DNA from: Eledone cirrhosa
Lineage: Eukaryota
NCBI GenBank assembly: GCA_964016885.1
Contig: OZ024744.1
Coordinates: 53,568,001-53,632,000, forward strand
Length of the DNA stretch: 64,000 nucleotides
Reading direction: 5' to 3'
The notes under the pieces were generated by a model, which had not been told where the DNA came from, made no database searches, and saw nothing but the letters and a program-made list of their open reading frames with translations. Below are positions 1 through 12,305 of the stretch, one piece after another (the first letter of the stretch is position 1; each line of letters begins with the position of its first letter). The translations under genes were made by a program, and so were the position numbers.

Positions 1-388
1 AAGCCACTACCTGCAGCCTCAGATATTCAGGACGTATCGGAGGGTTCTTGCTGTTCCCAGCAAGCATGCCTTTTGAAGCGTTCCAAAAAGCGTGGCGGGG
101 CCAATTTTCTTTAACCATCCCTGGAAACCTTTTGAGATAGTCCCCAGTGCGCCTATGACAATCGGGACCACTTTGACTTCATGGCAGTTCCAAAACCTTT
201 TTACCTCCCACTTTAAGTCCTGGTATCGGTTAATTTTCTCCCTCTTCTTCTCTTACATACACTCTCGTGTCGGATGGGCAGGCCACATCCACAACCAGGC
301 ACGATCTTTTTTCCTTGTCCAAATCCACCAGGTCAGGTCTATTGTGTTCCAGTTTCTTGTCCGTCTGTATCCTAAAATCCCACAGCAC
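1..388 (-). mobile_element. R4/Dong-like non-LTR retrotransposon (family A), 5'-truncated 3' fragment (RLE domain)
   Basis: Encodes LWDFRIQTDKKLEHNRPDLV...VDVACP. Near-identical to 41081-41463. 5' junction abuts (TTA)n at 389-443. Confidence 0.85.
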
Positions 389-424
<36 letters not shown>

Positions 425-670
425 CATTATTATTATTATTATTGATGATGATGATGATTATGATGATGATGAAGTTAACAGTGACTGTTAGAAAACAATT
501 GTTTAAGAAAGAGAAAGAAAGAGAAAGAAAGAGAAAGAAAGAGAAAGAAAGAGAGAATAAACGAGGCGGTGTAACAATCGGCAAGAATGGGAGACAAACA
601 GACAGAAAGGCAAAAAGAAAGAACGGAATCAAAGAAAGAAAGAAAGATAAAATGAAAAAGAAAAAGTAAA
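389..670. repeat. (TTA)n, (GAT)n and (GAAA)n simple repeats
   Basis: Visible directly in the sequence. Confidence 0.9.
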
Positions 671-877
671 GAAAAAGAGAGCGTCTGATAGAAAGACACT
701 TAAATGGACAACGTGTTTAGACAGTCCTGTCAGATGGTGGTGGCCACTAGTGAAAGAATCAAAAGTGAAATTAAAAAAAATAAAATAAAATAAAATCTTG
801 TGTTTCTGTCAGTTCCATTTTCCACAGAGAAATTCTCTATATTAATGACAGTACAGTACAGTACATATCAGCCCTGA

Positions 878-924
878 CCGGAAATCTCGTTGCCGGAAAT
901 CTCGCTGCCGGAAGTCTCGTTGCC
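878..924. repeat. 3 x 15-bp tandem repeat CCGGAARTCTCGYTG
   Basis: Units at 878, 893 and 908. Confidence 0.85.
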
Positions 925-1255
925 AAAGCTTATATCAACGAAAAAAGAACTACAATATCCGCTTGAACATTAGACGCTCGATGAATTTTCAGACGACATA
1001 AAAGTTTGTATTGGTCGACCGGGCGGGCGAATATAGCTAAGGAATATGGTGACGACAACGATGTTGGTGTCGTCTGCCGGCTTCCAGTTTACTATTATTG
1101 AAGTAAGCGACATATTGGATCTGGCCAACAAAATAATTACTCCCAGAAGAAGGATATTACACTTGTTTTCAATTGAAAACCGTCTTCTTCACAAAATGGC
1201 GGGACATCTTTCTTTTTTCTTTTCATTTTTTATTGACTTATAGCTTTATCTTGTT

Positions 1256-1622
1256 TGGTGGTGGTGGTAGAAATGGTGGTGATGTTGGTGATGGTAGTGG
1301 TGTTGGTGGTGGTGATGGTGGTGATGGTGATGGTGGTGATGGTGGTGATGGTAGTGGTGGTAGTGGTGGTGATGGTGGTGATGGTAGTGATGTTGGTGGT
1401 GGTGATGGTGGTCGTGGTGGTGGCAGTGGTGATGGTGGTGGTAATGGCGGTGATGGTGGTAGTAGTGGTGATGGTAGTGATGGTGCTAGTTGTGATGGTG
1501 GTGATGATGATGGTGATGGCATCACTGGTAGTACTGATGGTGGTGTTGGTGGCAGTGCTAGGGGTTGTGGTATTCATGGTGATCGTGCTTGTAGGGGTAA
1601 TGGTGCTAATGGTGGTGGTGAT
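1256..1622. repeat. (GGT/GAT)n compound trinucleotide microsatellite
   Basis: Visible directly. The overlapping ORFs are low-complexity artefacts. Confidence 0.9.
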
Positions 1623-1928
1623 GCTCCTTTTTGTTATTTATTTTTCCGTTAGTTTGAAAAGGAGGGAAGCGGTGGAGAATGCTTCTTTCTGCTCATAAAA
1701 AATGTTAAATTATTCTTCCCATCGACAAAGGTCATGTGACTTTTATGCCTCACATTAGGTTCTCTCCCCTTCCTTCTCTTGCTCTCGCTCCATCTTCCTC
1801 TTTTTGTAGCCCCCCCCCCCCCTCTTTCTCTCTCCATCTCTCTCTCTCTCTCGCATTGAGTATACACGCATGCGCAGGACACACAACACACATGCACAGA
1901 AACACACACACATACATCACACACACAC

Positions 1929-1959
<31 letters not shown>

Positions 1960-2819
1960 CATGCTCATCACTATCTACCGGTTTTACTTTCTCCATACGC
2001 ACACTATCTTTATCTCCCACTTCTCCCCTATCTCTGTCTTTCTTTCTATTTCCCTCTCTCTTTCACGCACCATCTCTTTCCTTGCCATTCATATGTATAG
2101 GCTTGGCATCCTCCTTAAGAAAATTATTTCTCAATGTGTACGCAACATGGTCGAATGTTTAAGAAGTTGGATTCTCAATCATTCGATACCATTGTGCGGT
2201 GTCTTAACCAAGTGTCATTTATCACAGCCTAGGGTCGACCTATGCCTTGTGAATAAAACTGGATAGACGGAAATTGTATCTGTAATTAAAGGGGTCAAAA
2301 TTTTAATATACTGTGTTCCGTTGAATCTCTCAAAATTACCTGATAGGTGGTACACGTGGCTGTCCCTTACATTATAAGACAAGATAGACTTACCTACAAT
2401 TTAATGGACTAACCCTGTTACAACTTATCCCATTGAATCTCTCTGAAAATTATGTCAACTGTACATGTGCCTGTGGAATGCTCAGTTACATACACGTTAA
2501 TTTCACCAGCTGACCGTGTCATTAATCGAACAACTAGAACAATTATCGTCGAAACAGACAATGGTCCATTTCATTGTTTCTCAATGTGCTCCTTGGTTCG
2601 ATTTTAATGCATCCATCTTGGATAAATGTCTTCTCCATAACTTTTGGGTTTCATCAATACTATGTTAGTCTTGTGTGAATAGAGCTATAACCAAATGTAT
2701 TTCAGTCGCGGCATCCCGAGATTGTGTGCATTAAGAAGAGAATTATGCTAAGTTTTCTTAACTCATAGATAGTGAATTTTCAGAGTCGTTAAATATCGGA
2801 TGTAATTCTTTACTGTATA

Positions 2820-2950
2820 TGTTTTAGCACTCTGGGAGCTTAGAGTTCAAAACCAACCGAGGTCAGCTTTGCTTTGAATCATTTCATGTTCAATAAATAA
2901 CTTACCATTTTAGTACTGGAGTCGATTATTCCTACTTATCCCTCCCCTAC
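2820..2950 (+). mobile_element. Degenerate Nin-domain-like SINE
   Basis: gagttcaaa...ccgaggtcagctttgcttt...ataaataa...tacca resembles the copies at 6338 and 14500. Confidence 0.5.
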
Positions 2951-3249
2951 TTCTTTTCTAACACTTTCCGTCTTTAGCTGGAAAAAATCGGCTATGTTCA
3001 GATCTGGAAAAGGACGTCACCCGCTGATTTTACAATGCCTATTTCACAACGGCACCCCTATGACATAGTCCGGAGTTATGGGCCTTATGTATTAATTAAG
3101 ACTGTAAGATGTTGTTTGGAAGAGATCTGTATGCCATTTCTGGTAGGTTGATCGAGCAGGACACTGGATGGGATCTGTTCCTTATACTACTCTCAGAGAC
3201 CAGGAAAACTGGTCATGAACAATGACGTTTCTTTTCTAATGATATCATA

Positions 3250-3512
3250 GACACATACACGCAGATTCACGTACACACAAATATACAAACGCACAAACAC
3301 ATATACACGCACACAAACATACACATACAAATACACATATTCATGTACACACACGCACACACACAAATACACATACATATTCACACACACACACGCAAAT
3401 ACACATACACCTGCACACACGCAATACATATGTATATGCGCGCGCACCCATATACAAATGCGCATACGAATCGATGCACACACATGCAAAATTCGCATAA
3501 ACACACACATAC
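3250..3512. repeat. Degenerate (CA)n microsatellite
   Basis: Visible directly. Confidence 0.85.
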
Positions 3513-3856
3513 AAATGTACTGAATACTTGTATGGTTTCGATTTGGTGTTTAGCTCCTAAGGCGGTGAAGAGAGCAATCGGTTCTTTAGAGGACAAGGCG
3601 TACACTTGGTGAGGTGGTTGATTCAATGGGTTGCATCAAAACTATCTGCGCTAAAGAATCTATACGCCAGCTGGTGAGGTGTGCTTATGACATTTCAGTG
3701 GAAATGATGTCCTTCTGGTTTCAACCCCACAACGTGGAATAACAAAAGAAGTGTGTTTGACGATAGCCATCAATTAACCAATGTTTTGTGAGTGCAATTT
3801 TTGAGGATGAAACCATTCAGAAGCTCATAAAATATGAAATTTAATTAATATGTGAA

Positions 3857-4166
3857 GGCGCATGGCTTAGTGGTTAGAGCATTGAGCTTGCAACTGAGAG
3901 GTTGTGAGTTCGATTCACGGACCGGGTGATGCGTTGTGTCCTAGAGCAAGACACTTTCTTTCAGAAATGAGATGTGACATCAAGCGACTGGTACCAAGCT
4001 GTATCGGTCATTGCCTTTCCCTTGGACAATATCGGTGGCATGGAGAGAGGAGGCTGGTATCTATGGGTGACTGCTGGTCTTCCACAAAACAAACCTTGCC
4101 CACGCTTGTGCCTCGGAGGGAAACTTTCTAGGTGCAATACCATGGTCATTCGGGACCTAGTGGGGC
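3857..4166 (+). mobile_element. tRNA-derived SINE
   Basis: A-box tggcttagtgg (~3863) and B-box gagttcgattc (~3906), followed by CORE-like ttgtgtcctagagcaagacact. Confidence 0.75.
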
Positions 4167-4311
4167 CATTAATTAATACGGTTGCATAGATTAAACTTGG
4201 AGGGAAGGAAAAGGGAACTACCTATGTGATGTGCTATATCATAAAAAAAAAGTCTAAGGTCTCGATCGAGCTCGGTTTCCGTGGAATTAAGCGATTGAAA
4301 ATACATAACTT

Positions 4312-4516
4312 CCCCCTGGGTAGGATGCCAGCTCATCGCAGAGTAACCCCCCCCCCCCACACACACACACACTATTGCTGGTACACATTTTCAGCTGAAT
4401 ATTCTGGAGCAAAGTGAAGTGAACTGCTTTGCTCAAGATCAAAGCACACAACCCAGTCCAGAAATCGAACCCACGGCATTATGACCGTAAGTCCAGCACA
4501 CATGCCACAAGACCAT
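4312..4516 (-). mobile_element. tRNA/CORE-type SINE, degenerate
   Basis: The reverse strand has B-box-like ggttcgatt, CORE-like cttgagcaa, and a gatgagctggcatcctacccagggg tail. Confidence 0.55.
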
Positions 4517-5212
4517 GGAGTCAGACAGAGTTGCATTCTCTCTCCACTGTTGTACCTGTTGGCAGCCAATTTAGGGCTAAGGCGAACAGAGGAAGGACTC
4601 GGTCGAGGAATCCTATGGAGAGGCCAGTCTAGGCTGAGGAACCTGTCATTCGCCGACGTCATGGCTCTGATCGCTGAAGACAGTGCAGATCTGCAAGCCC
4701 TAACAACATCCCTTCAAGAGAGTGCGGAAAAGATCGGCCGGAGAATCAACACCAAAAATACCAAGGTGATGAGAATAGCCAACAACACAAGTCCAGCGAT
4801 CAGAGTCAACCAACAAGACCTGGTAGAAGTCGATCACTTCACCTATCTGAGCAATATCCTGGCAAGCAATGGAGTTGCAGAGGTCGAAATCATCTGTCGG
4901 ATCGGCAAAGTAGCTGCAGTTGTCCAGCAGTTGCGGCCAGTCTGGTCGTCTTCATGCATCAACACCAGGATCAAGCTACGTTCTGCTGATAATGCTTTAT
5001 GCAAGCGAAACCTGGAAGAGCACAGCAAAGATAGAGAGACGGCTGTACGTTTTCCCCCAGCGGTGCCAGCGAACGATCCTTCATGTGTCCTGGCGCGACC
5101 GCGTGCAAAACGAGGAAATCCTGCGGCGAGCCGAGTCGTGGGCACTACGGAGGATGGTTGCAGGGTGCCGGTGCCGCATGGCTGGCCATATTCTGCGCCT
5201 GCTCGACGAACA
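4517..5212 (+). pseudogene. RTE-clade LINE reverse transcriptase fragment (frameshifted)
   Basis: GVRQSCILSPLL, LSFADVMAL, VDHFTYL, then LYASETW...MAGHILR in a second frame. Confidence 0.8.
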
Positions 5213-5399
5213 AAGGAGAGAAAGAAAGAAGAAAAAGATCCGGAATGGGAGGGGATGGCAAGAGCTCTGGTGTCGTAGAGGAGAGGGGGAGAGTGATTAG
5301 GCCTAAAGCAATAGGGCAGAGGTGCTGCGCCCCGCTGACAGGCAGAAGTGCTGCGCCCCGCTGACATGACGGCAAAATCATTCCACGGACGATGGCTAG

Positions 5400-5780
5400 T
5401 GACACCCACTGCAACAGCCACCCAACCTCGTGGGGCTCCCTCCTTAGACGAGAAGAGCTCGGCAGTACGGGGTCTCGACGGCGACCGGTGCGAAGTGGAA
5501 GCGGCCGGACAAACTCCGGTATTTATTTATTTTAAGTTCTTCTGCGAGACGGGCTGCGATGCCAGGGTTTGTGGCCGAAAGGACTAAGTTGGAAGCAGAG
5601 AACGTGTCGCAGCAGGTGGCGTCCCAGATGAGGGAGCTACCTCCTTCGAATGGGAAGACGTTGGGGCGTTTTCCATCTCCGCGGTCTACATCTGCTGGCT
5701 CCAGTTGAGATGGAAAGCCAGCTACCTCCCGGCTCAATATATCGTTGAGAGTGGCGTGTCGGGGGAACCGGCTGCGCTCC
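5400..5780 (-). pseudogene. CRE-clade non-LTR retrotransposon C-terminal RLE fragment
   Basis: DRGDGKRPN...PF..GSSLIWDATCCDTF...AEELKINKY...FAPVAVET is the CRE-type endonuclease signature. Confidence 0.7.
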
Positions 5781-5784
5781 GGCA

Positions 5785-8720
5785 GTTTTTATTTCCAGGT
5801 TTCACCAGTATTCCTTAGTGCCATCTATCTCAACATATTCCTCCTCGTTTGTTTTAATTTTGTATTCCTAAGTACGTTCCAGATGGTTCTAGCTATCACA
5901 TCGTGTCTCATAGGGAGATAGTAGCGAGACAACATTCTTTCACAGTTAGCAATAATGTTGCTAACAACTTCGATCTTTATTTTACATTTATCGTCGACAG
6001 ATGGCCCTCCTCTTTTGTGTAACAGATATTTCGTAGGGATTTCTTGCTCCTGTATTGCATTGAGATATCCTTCAAAGTGAGATGTCATAAATTCGTCGGG
6101 ACTCCATGCCAGGCTTTTTGAATGATTTATCCACTCAATGGTCTGTGCTTTTCATCTCAGGTGCACACGCACAACTTTCTCTGTAAATTGGTCCATTTTT
6201 TAAATCTTGTTCGAGCATTGAATAGGAATTTCCAATGTTCATATGAGAGAGATTTATATCAGGCCTTATTCCATATCTCTCCTCCAGATCAGTGGTTATC
6301 CTAATGATATTATTTCCAGCATAGTTACGTCCCTTAACGATCTGAGTTCAAATCCCGCTGAGGTTGACTTTGCCTTTCATCCTTACGGGGTCGATAAAAT
6401 AAAGTACCAGTAATGTACTGGATAATTGCTGGCCTTGTGCCAAAAATAGAAACAATTATTTCCTTCATGCTCATAGACCTGGGCAAGATGGCTGCTGACC
6501 TTTTTCTTCTGTTGAAGATGTTGCTTCAGTGTTACTATCCGGGTCTCGTATGATGTTAATATGGATTTTAGACCCCGGCCACCTTCCTTGCGTGAGAAGT
6601 ATAGCCTATCCACATCACCATTGATATTAAATTTCCAGTAACATTGAGAAGTTTGTGAGTTCTTACATCCATCTCACTTAGTTCTTGCAATGACCAGTTC
6701 GGCAAGCCAAATGTTGGTGTTAGGATTGGCACAGCATAAGTATTGTGGGTAATGTATTGTTGTACGTTGATAGTTCTGATGACCATATTTTCTTTACTCT
6801 TCTGAGGTAGTTAGTTCTGGTTCTCTCCTTATTTATGGATCCATCATATCTGACATTCTCATCCTGTCCAAGATATCTGTAGTTGTCACCTAACTGTAGA
6901 GGTTGTATTGTCAAGCTGTTCATCTCTAGATTTCCTGGGGAGCGAACAACCCTTCCACGTTTTACTGTCAAATATGCACATTTGGACTATAGTTGGTATT
7001 TGGCCCATACAACTTCAGGTCATAAACAAAGAAAAGATGGGAGATACTTCTGGACCCACTTCCATGACCCCTTTGTTTTGTGAGCAGGTATGATAGTGGG
7101 TTTAGTGAGAGGACGAAGAGCAGCACTGATAAGCTATCACCCTGAAAGATGCTTTTCTGGTAGTGTATTGTATCAGTCTTAATTTGCCCCTTCTCACCCC
7201 TAAGGATCAAATTGGTGTACCAGTTCTTTCTTAGGCGCTACTAGTGGTTGTGGGACTTTGACTAACTGTAAAGCTTTAATAATCCACCCATGAGGTACAC
7301 TATCAAAAGCCTTCTGATAGTCCAGCCACACCACAGTCATGTTCCTGCGATTCTTTGCTGTTTTTTCCTGTATCATTTTATTTGTTAGTAGGTGATCTAT
7401 GCAGCCCCACACCTCCTTCTTTCCACCAGCTTGTTCAGGTGTTATAATGTTGTTGGTGGCACTATGGTGTTGTAAGAACAGATTAAGGCACCCAGTGTAT
7501 GATTTATACTTGATGTTCTGGCAGGCTATTGGGCGGTAAATGTTATCAAGGGTGGTTTGGCTATTTTGGGGGATGAGGGGAGTAGTGGCAGTTCTTGTGT
7601 GCCTTTGATGGTTTCTCTAAACAGCCGTATGAGATATTGCCAGTAGAAGGTGAAATTCTTCAGCCAGCATCCTGTTATGAGGTCTGGGCCTGGTGATTTC
7701 CTATTCGACATTTCCTGCAGAGCTTTTTCCAGTATTGACCCATCTATATCATGTTGTTTTGTCTGTACATGCTGGCAGTATTCCTGTTCCAGTTCTTTTA
7801 GCCATTTAGTTTGTTTGTTAAATCCGTCATTTGTTTCCCATACAGATCTGCAGTAGCTCTCAACTTGTTCTTTTGTAGGGGTGTCATTTACAGAGATTCA
7901 GCTTTTCCCATTGAAGCTGTGATAAACTGATTTAGGATCTCTGGCAAATAATCTATTAAGCACTTGCCGTTTATGTGCTGTTGACTTATATTTATGTTTT
8001 CTGCTGCAGATGTTTCAGTTGCTGTAGTTTGGAGATTAGAGTTTTAAATCTTGAATCACCAAATCGCTTCTCTATTTTTGTTATTAAGTCTTCCTGATGT
8101 CGCGTGAAGTTGCTCTCTATGTTGCATTTTATAACTACAGTGATCTGTGAGATATTTCATCTCAGGGACAACATTTTATTTTTTTAAATACGCATCCATG
8201 CTGGTTCAGACTTTCCGTTTGTATCTTGGTTGTGTGATTTTAGGTTTTTATAATAGCAATGTGATAGCTGAAACATATATCGAAATGTTAAGCATTTCAT
8301 ATGTTGTTTCCACACCTTTGGACCATGTGGCCTTCAGATAATTGTCATCTATTTCGGTCACTGTTTCCATTCCAATTTAGTGGATTCTTTAGTGATTCTG
8401 GTGTTGTATGGTCTGTTACTCACATTAATGCAGTGCATATCTTGAAATATATCATTCCATATCATTTGTAAAGTGTCCGCAAGTTTTTGGTGTTCTGTTT
8501 GTATAGTAGAGTCATGGATTTCAGCTACTTTATTGGTGTGCTGTTCGTTTCTAGATTTAGCTGACCATTCTATCTCTCCATCAGTGGAAGTGGGATGAAT
8601 ATCTTTAATGCTCGTCTTTATACTGTCACTCAGTTCTGTTAAATGTATCAATTTACATTTAATGATACGTTTTGCCTGTTCATTTAAATGTTTTCGGGGA
8701 AAAGTATAATCCTGGGTGTT
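5785..8720 (-). mobile_element. Degenerate R4/Dong-like retrotransposon (family C)
   Basis: Fragments KSPGPDLI, WLDYQKAFDSVPHGWI, IFQGDSLSVLLF, HLFFVYDLKLY, RKEGGRGL, YYLPMRHDVIA. Many stops and frameshifts. Interrupted by a SINE at 6338. Confidence 0.85.
6338..6460 (+). mobile_element. Nin-domain SINE (5'-truncated) inserted in the R4-like element
   Basis: gagttcaaatccc...tttgcctttcatccttacggggtcgataaaataaagtaccag...ccttgtgccaaaaatagaaacaattatt. Near-identical to 14570-14697. Confidence 0.75.
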
Positions 8721-9018
8721 TATATGCTTTATATAAATCTTTGTTGAGATAGTAGCTCCATTGTATACAATGGTTGTAGTTGCGATTTGGTCGGAGGAGA
8801 CTTATACGTTTAGCCATGATGAGTTAGTCTATTCACTAATATTTGTATTTGTTTTTCAAAATAGACGATGATCTTCTTTAAAAGTTTCAACTAAGTTTTG
8901 TCAGAATTAAATTTAAATTTGTTTGCAGCTTGGGTAATATTTCCTTTCATCTAGTTTTTAAATTCTATAACTGTATTTTAAACGTTCTTATTTAGCGTTT
9001 GTATGTATGTATGTATGT

Positions 9019-9616
9019 TATCTCTTTCTCTTAATTTCGAGTATATTTTTTTTTGACCGGCCACCTTCCTAGTGGCAAGGTTGTGAAAGAAAAGAAATTG
9101 TCATCCCTTGCATCGCAAGAATGTTTTGCAAATTTTGAAGGTGCCAGCTATCGCAGCCATTTGTAGACTATGAATTAGGGAGCTGCGCTTTTTGTCCGCA
9201 AATCCAAGTTCAGTCATACTTTGGTCCAAGCGGGCTGGTATATAACCCGTAGCTCCAATAATGATGGGTATGAAGCTAAAGGTGTATCTTGGATACTGGA
9301 TTTGTAAACTCCTCATCAATGGTCCGTAGATGTCCTCCTTCTCCTGTATTTTTCTGACAACGTTTACTTCAAGTGGCCAGCTGATCTCCACAACAGAACG
9401 CGTTTCAATGTGTGGTCCCAAACAACAATATCAGGCCGGTTGTGCTTTAATTTGGTGGCAGTTTTTATTTTCAGGTTCCACCAATATTCCTTAGTGCCAT
9501 CTGTCTCAATATATTCTTCCTCGTTTGTTGTTAATTTTGTTTTCCGAAGTGCGTTCCAGATGGTTCTAGCTATCCCATCGTGTCTCATGGGGAGGTAGTA
9601 GCGAGATGACATTCTT
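9019..9616 (-). mobile_element. R4/Dong-like family C 3' fragment (RHD + RLE + 3'UTR) flanked by (TATG)n
   Basis: YYLPMRHDGIA, HNRPDIVVWD, VEIS, FIPIIIGATG. 9465-9615 matches 5785-5935. (TATG)n on both sides. Confidence 0.85.
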
Positions 9617-9728
9617 ATGTATGTATGTATGTATGTATGTATGTATGTATGTATGTATGTATGTATGTATGTATGTATGTATGTATGTATGTATGTATGT
9701 ATGTTGTATGTTGTATGTATGTATGTTG
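9617..9728. repeat. (TATG)n microsatellite
   Basis: Visible directly. It supplies the spurious MYVC N-terminus of ORF 9625. Confidence 0.95.
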
Positions 9729-11832
9729 TAAGGGAATTCTACGAAGGTGGCGAGAGCACTTTGATGATCTTTTGAATCAGCCGTCTGTCGTCAGTGAAGA
9801 TTTCCTCAATCTCATTCCAGAAAGTCCTGTGAAAGTAGCTCTCGCAGAACCTCCGACGCTTGTGGAGGTTGCAGTGGCTATTTCGAAGCTGAACAGTGGA
9901 AGATCTCCAGGTATGGATAGCATACATGCTGAGCTCCTACAATATGGTGGTGAGAGACTCCTGCAACATCTGCACTCTTTGTTTGGAAGGATATGGGCTA
10001 GTGAATCCGTACCTGAGGACTGGAGAGATGCAGTAATGGTGGTCTTGTACAAGGGAAAGGGTAACAGGAATGATTGTGGGAACTACAGAGGTATATCATT
10101 GCTTTCTGTCGTAGGGAAAGTTTTATGTAGGGTGCTACTGGACCGTCTGCTGACACACATTGCAGATTGTGTTCTTCCTGAAAGTCAATCTGGTTTTCGT
10201 GCTGGACGCGGTACTACTGATATGATCTTCTCAGCTAGACAGCTCCAGGAGGAGTGCATTGAACAAGGCTTGGATCTGTATCAGGTTTGTGTCGATCTGA
10301 GAAAGGCTTTCGATACTGTCAACAGAGATGCATTATGGAAGGTTCTCCAGAAACTTGGTTGCCCTGATAAGTTCCTTGCTTTAGTTAGTTCTTTCCATGA
10401 CGACATGAAGGCCTGGGTTAATGTCGGAGGTAACATGTCGGAGCCTATCTCAGTAAAAAATGGAGTGAAACAGGGGGATATCCCAGCACCGACCCTGTTT
10501 GCCAGATACTTTGCAATGGTTTTCTGTATTGCATTCAGGAATTGCGAGCATGGTGTTTACATCCGATATCGAACCTCAGGCAGCATATTTAACATCAGGC
10601 GCTTTGCTGCGAAGACAAAAGTATTTACATCAAACATAAGAGACCTCTTGTATGCAGATGATTGCGATCTTGTAGCGTACACAGAGAGTGATATGCAGCA
10701 CATGTTGAATGCATTTTCTGACGCTTGCACTGCCCTGGGTTTGACTGTCAGTCTCAAGAAAACCGTCGTCATGTACCAACCTGCCCCTAGTAAGCAGTAC
10801 ACTGAACCAAACATCTATGTGTATGGCAAACGACTTGGAGTGGTTGATCAGTTTGTCTACCTGGGAAGCACTGTCAATCGATACGGCAACCTTGACAGTG
10901 AAATCTCACTTAGGATTAGGAAAGCAAGTGATGCTTTCGGAAAGCTAGAAAGGCGACTCTTGGGTCGGCGAGACATATGCAGGAGGACAAAGGTAAAGGT
11001 GTACAGGGCATGTGTACTCTCTTGTCTTCTTTATGCCTGCGAGACCTGGGTCACATATCGACACCACCTTAAGCAATTGGAGCGTTTCCATCAGATGTGT
11101 CTCAGACGGATCTATGGCGTTCACTGGAGGGAACACATCAGTGATGTCGAGATTTTGGAAAGCTCTATGTGTGACAGTATAGAAGCTCTTGTGCTTAAGC
11201 AACGACTCCGTTGGAGTTGTCACCTTGCCAGGATGAAGGATTCTAGAATACCAAAACAACTCTTCTACGGAGAGTTGGTTAAAGGAAAACGACCGCCACA
11301 TAAACCAAAAAAGAGGTATAAGGATTCCTTGAAAGCCTCTCTGAAAGACGCTAACATCTCTGCTGATACATGGGAAAATGTTGTTGCTGATCGTAATAAA
11401 TGGAGAAAGACTGTATATGAGGGAAAAGTTGCCTTTGAGGCATCTCGAATCGCACACGAGAAAGTAAAGCGGGATGTGAGGAAGGGCATTGCTGTTGCAC
11501 TTCCAGACGGCGAGGGTCCTCCTATGGTGCTGACATGCAGCGTCTGTGCGAGACTCTGCCTAAGCAAGGCTGGACTCGAAAGTCATCTTCGCAGTCATAA
11601 AGTAAGACCAGTGGTTGACTACCAGGCTGCTGTTGGAGATGCTACTCATCATGCTTGCCAAACATGTGGTAGAGAATGTAAATCAGCAGGAGGGCTCAAG
11701 CGACATGCAAAAGTACACGAACTCCAACCACAGCCGACTATTCTCAGTGAATGTTTTGCTTGCCGACTCTGTGCAAGAGATTTTAGATCATTGGCTGTGC
11801 TAAAAAGCCACATTCGATCGCAGCACTGTTAG
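9729..11832 (+). CDS. RTE-clade LINE, 5'-truncated ORF: reverse transcriptase plus three C-terminal C2H2 zinc fingers
   Basis: About 700 open codons: NYRGISLLS, QSGFRAGRGTTD, DLRKAFDTV, GVKQGDIPAP, LLYADD, LYACETW, RIPKQLFYGEL. Then CSVC..HLRSH, CQTC..HAKVH and CRLC..HIRSQH. APE domain absent. Confidence 0.9.
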
Positions 11833-11839
11833 TTGCTAT

Positions 11840-11935
11840 CGTGTGTGTGTAGATATGCTTATGTGCGTGCGTATGTGTGTATATATATATGAATATGTAT
11901 ATTATTATTGTTGTTGTCGTTATTATTATTATTGC

Positions 11936-11966
<31 letters not shown>

Positions 11967-12084
11967 GTTATTAATGTATGTGTGTATATGTGTGTGTATG
12001 TATGTGTATGTATGTGTGTATGTATATATGTATGTATGTATATATATATATATATTTATTTATTTATTTTTTTTTTTTTTTTAA

Positions 12085-12140
<56 letters not shown>

Positions 12141-12305
12141 TTATTTTATTTTATTTTATTTTTATTTTTATTTTTATTTTTTCTTCTCGTGCAATGGCCA
12201 TACTCGATAACGAGGGGGCAGCCATCATCATGTATGTATGTATGTATGTATGTATGTATGTATGTATGTATGTATGTATGTATGTATGTATGTATGTATG
12301 TTATG
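11840..12305. repeat. Compound (TG)/(TTA)/(TA)/(TATG) microsatellites with a short 3'-terminal hairpin motif at 12195-12232
   Basis: Visible directly. Motif atggccatactcgataacgagggggcagccatcatcatg is followed by (TATG)n. Confidence 0.8.

Noticed and set aside
878-924. CRISPR-like array
   Set aside because: Contiguous 15-bp units without spacers, in a eukaryotic context with no cas genes.
1173-1698. Gly-, Thr-, Pro- and Val-rich ORFs
   Set aside because: Microsatellite artefacts.
3857-3930. tRNA gene
   Set aside because: The A/B boxes continue into a SINE body, with no convincing acceptor stem or terminator.
9625-9728. N-terminal MYVC repeats of the 735-aa ORF
   Set aside because: Translation of the (TATG)n flank, not part of the RTE protein.
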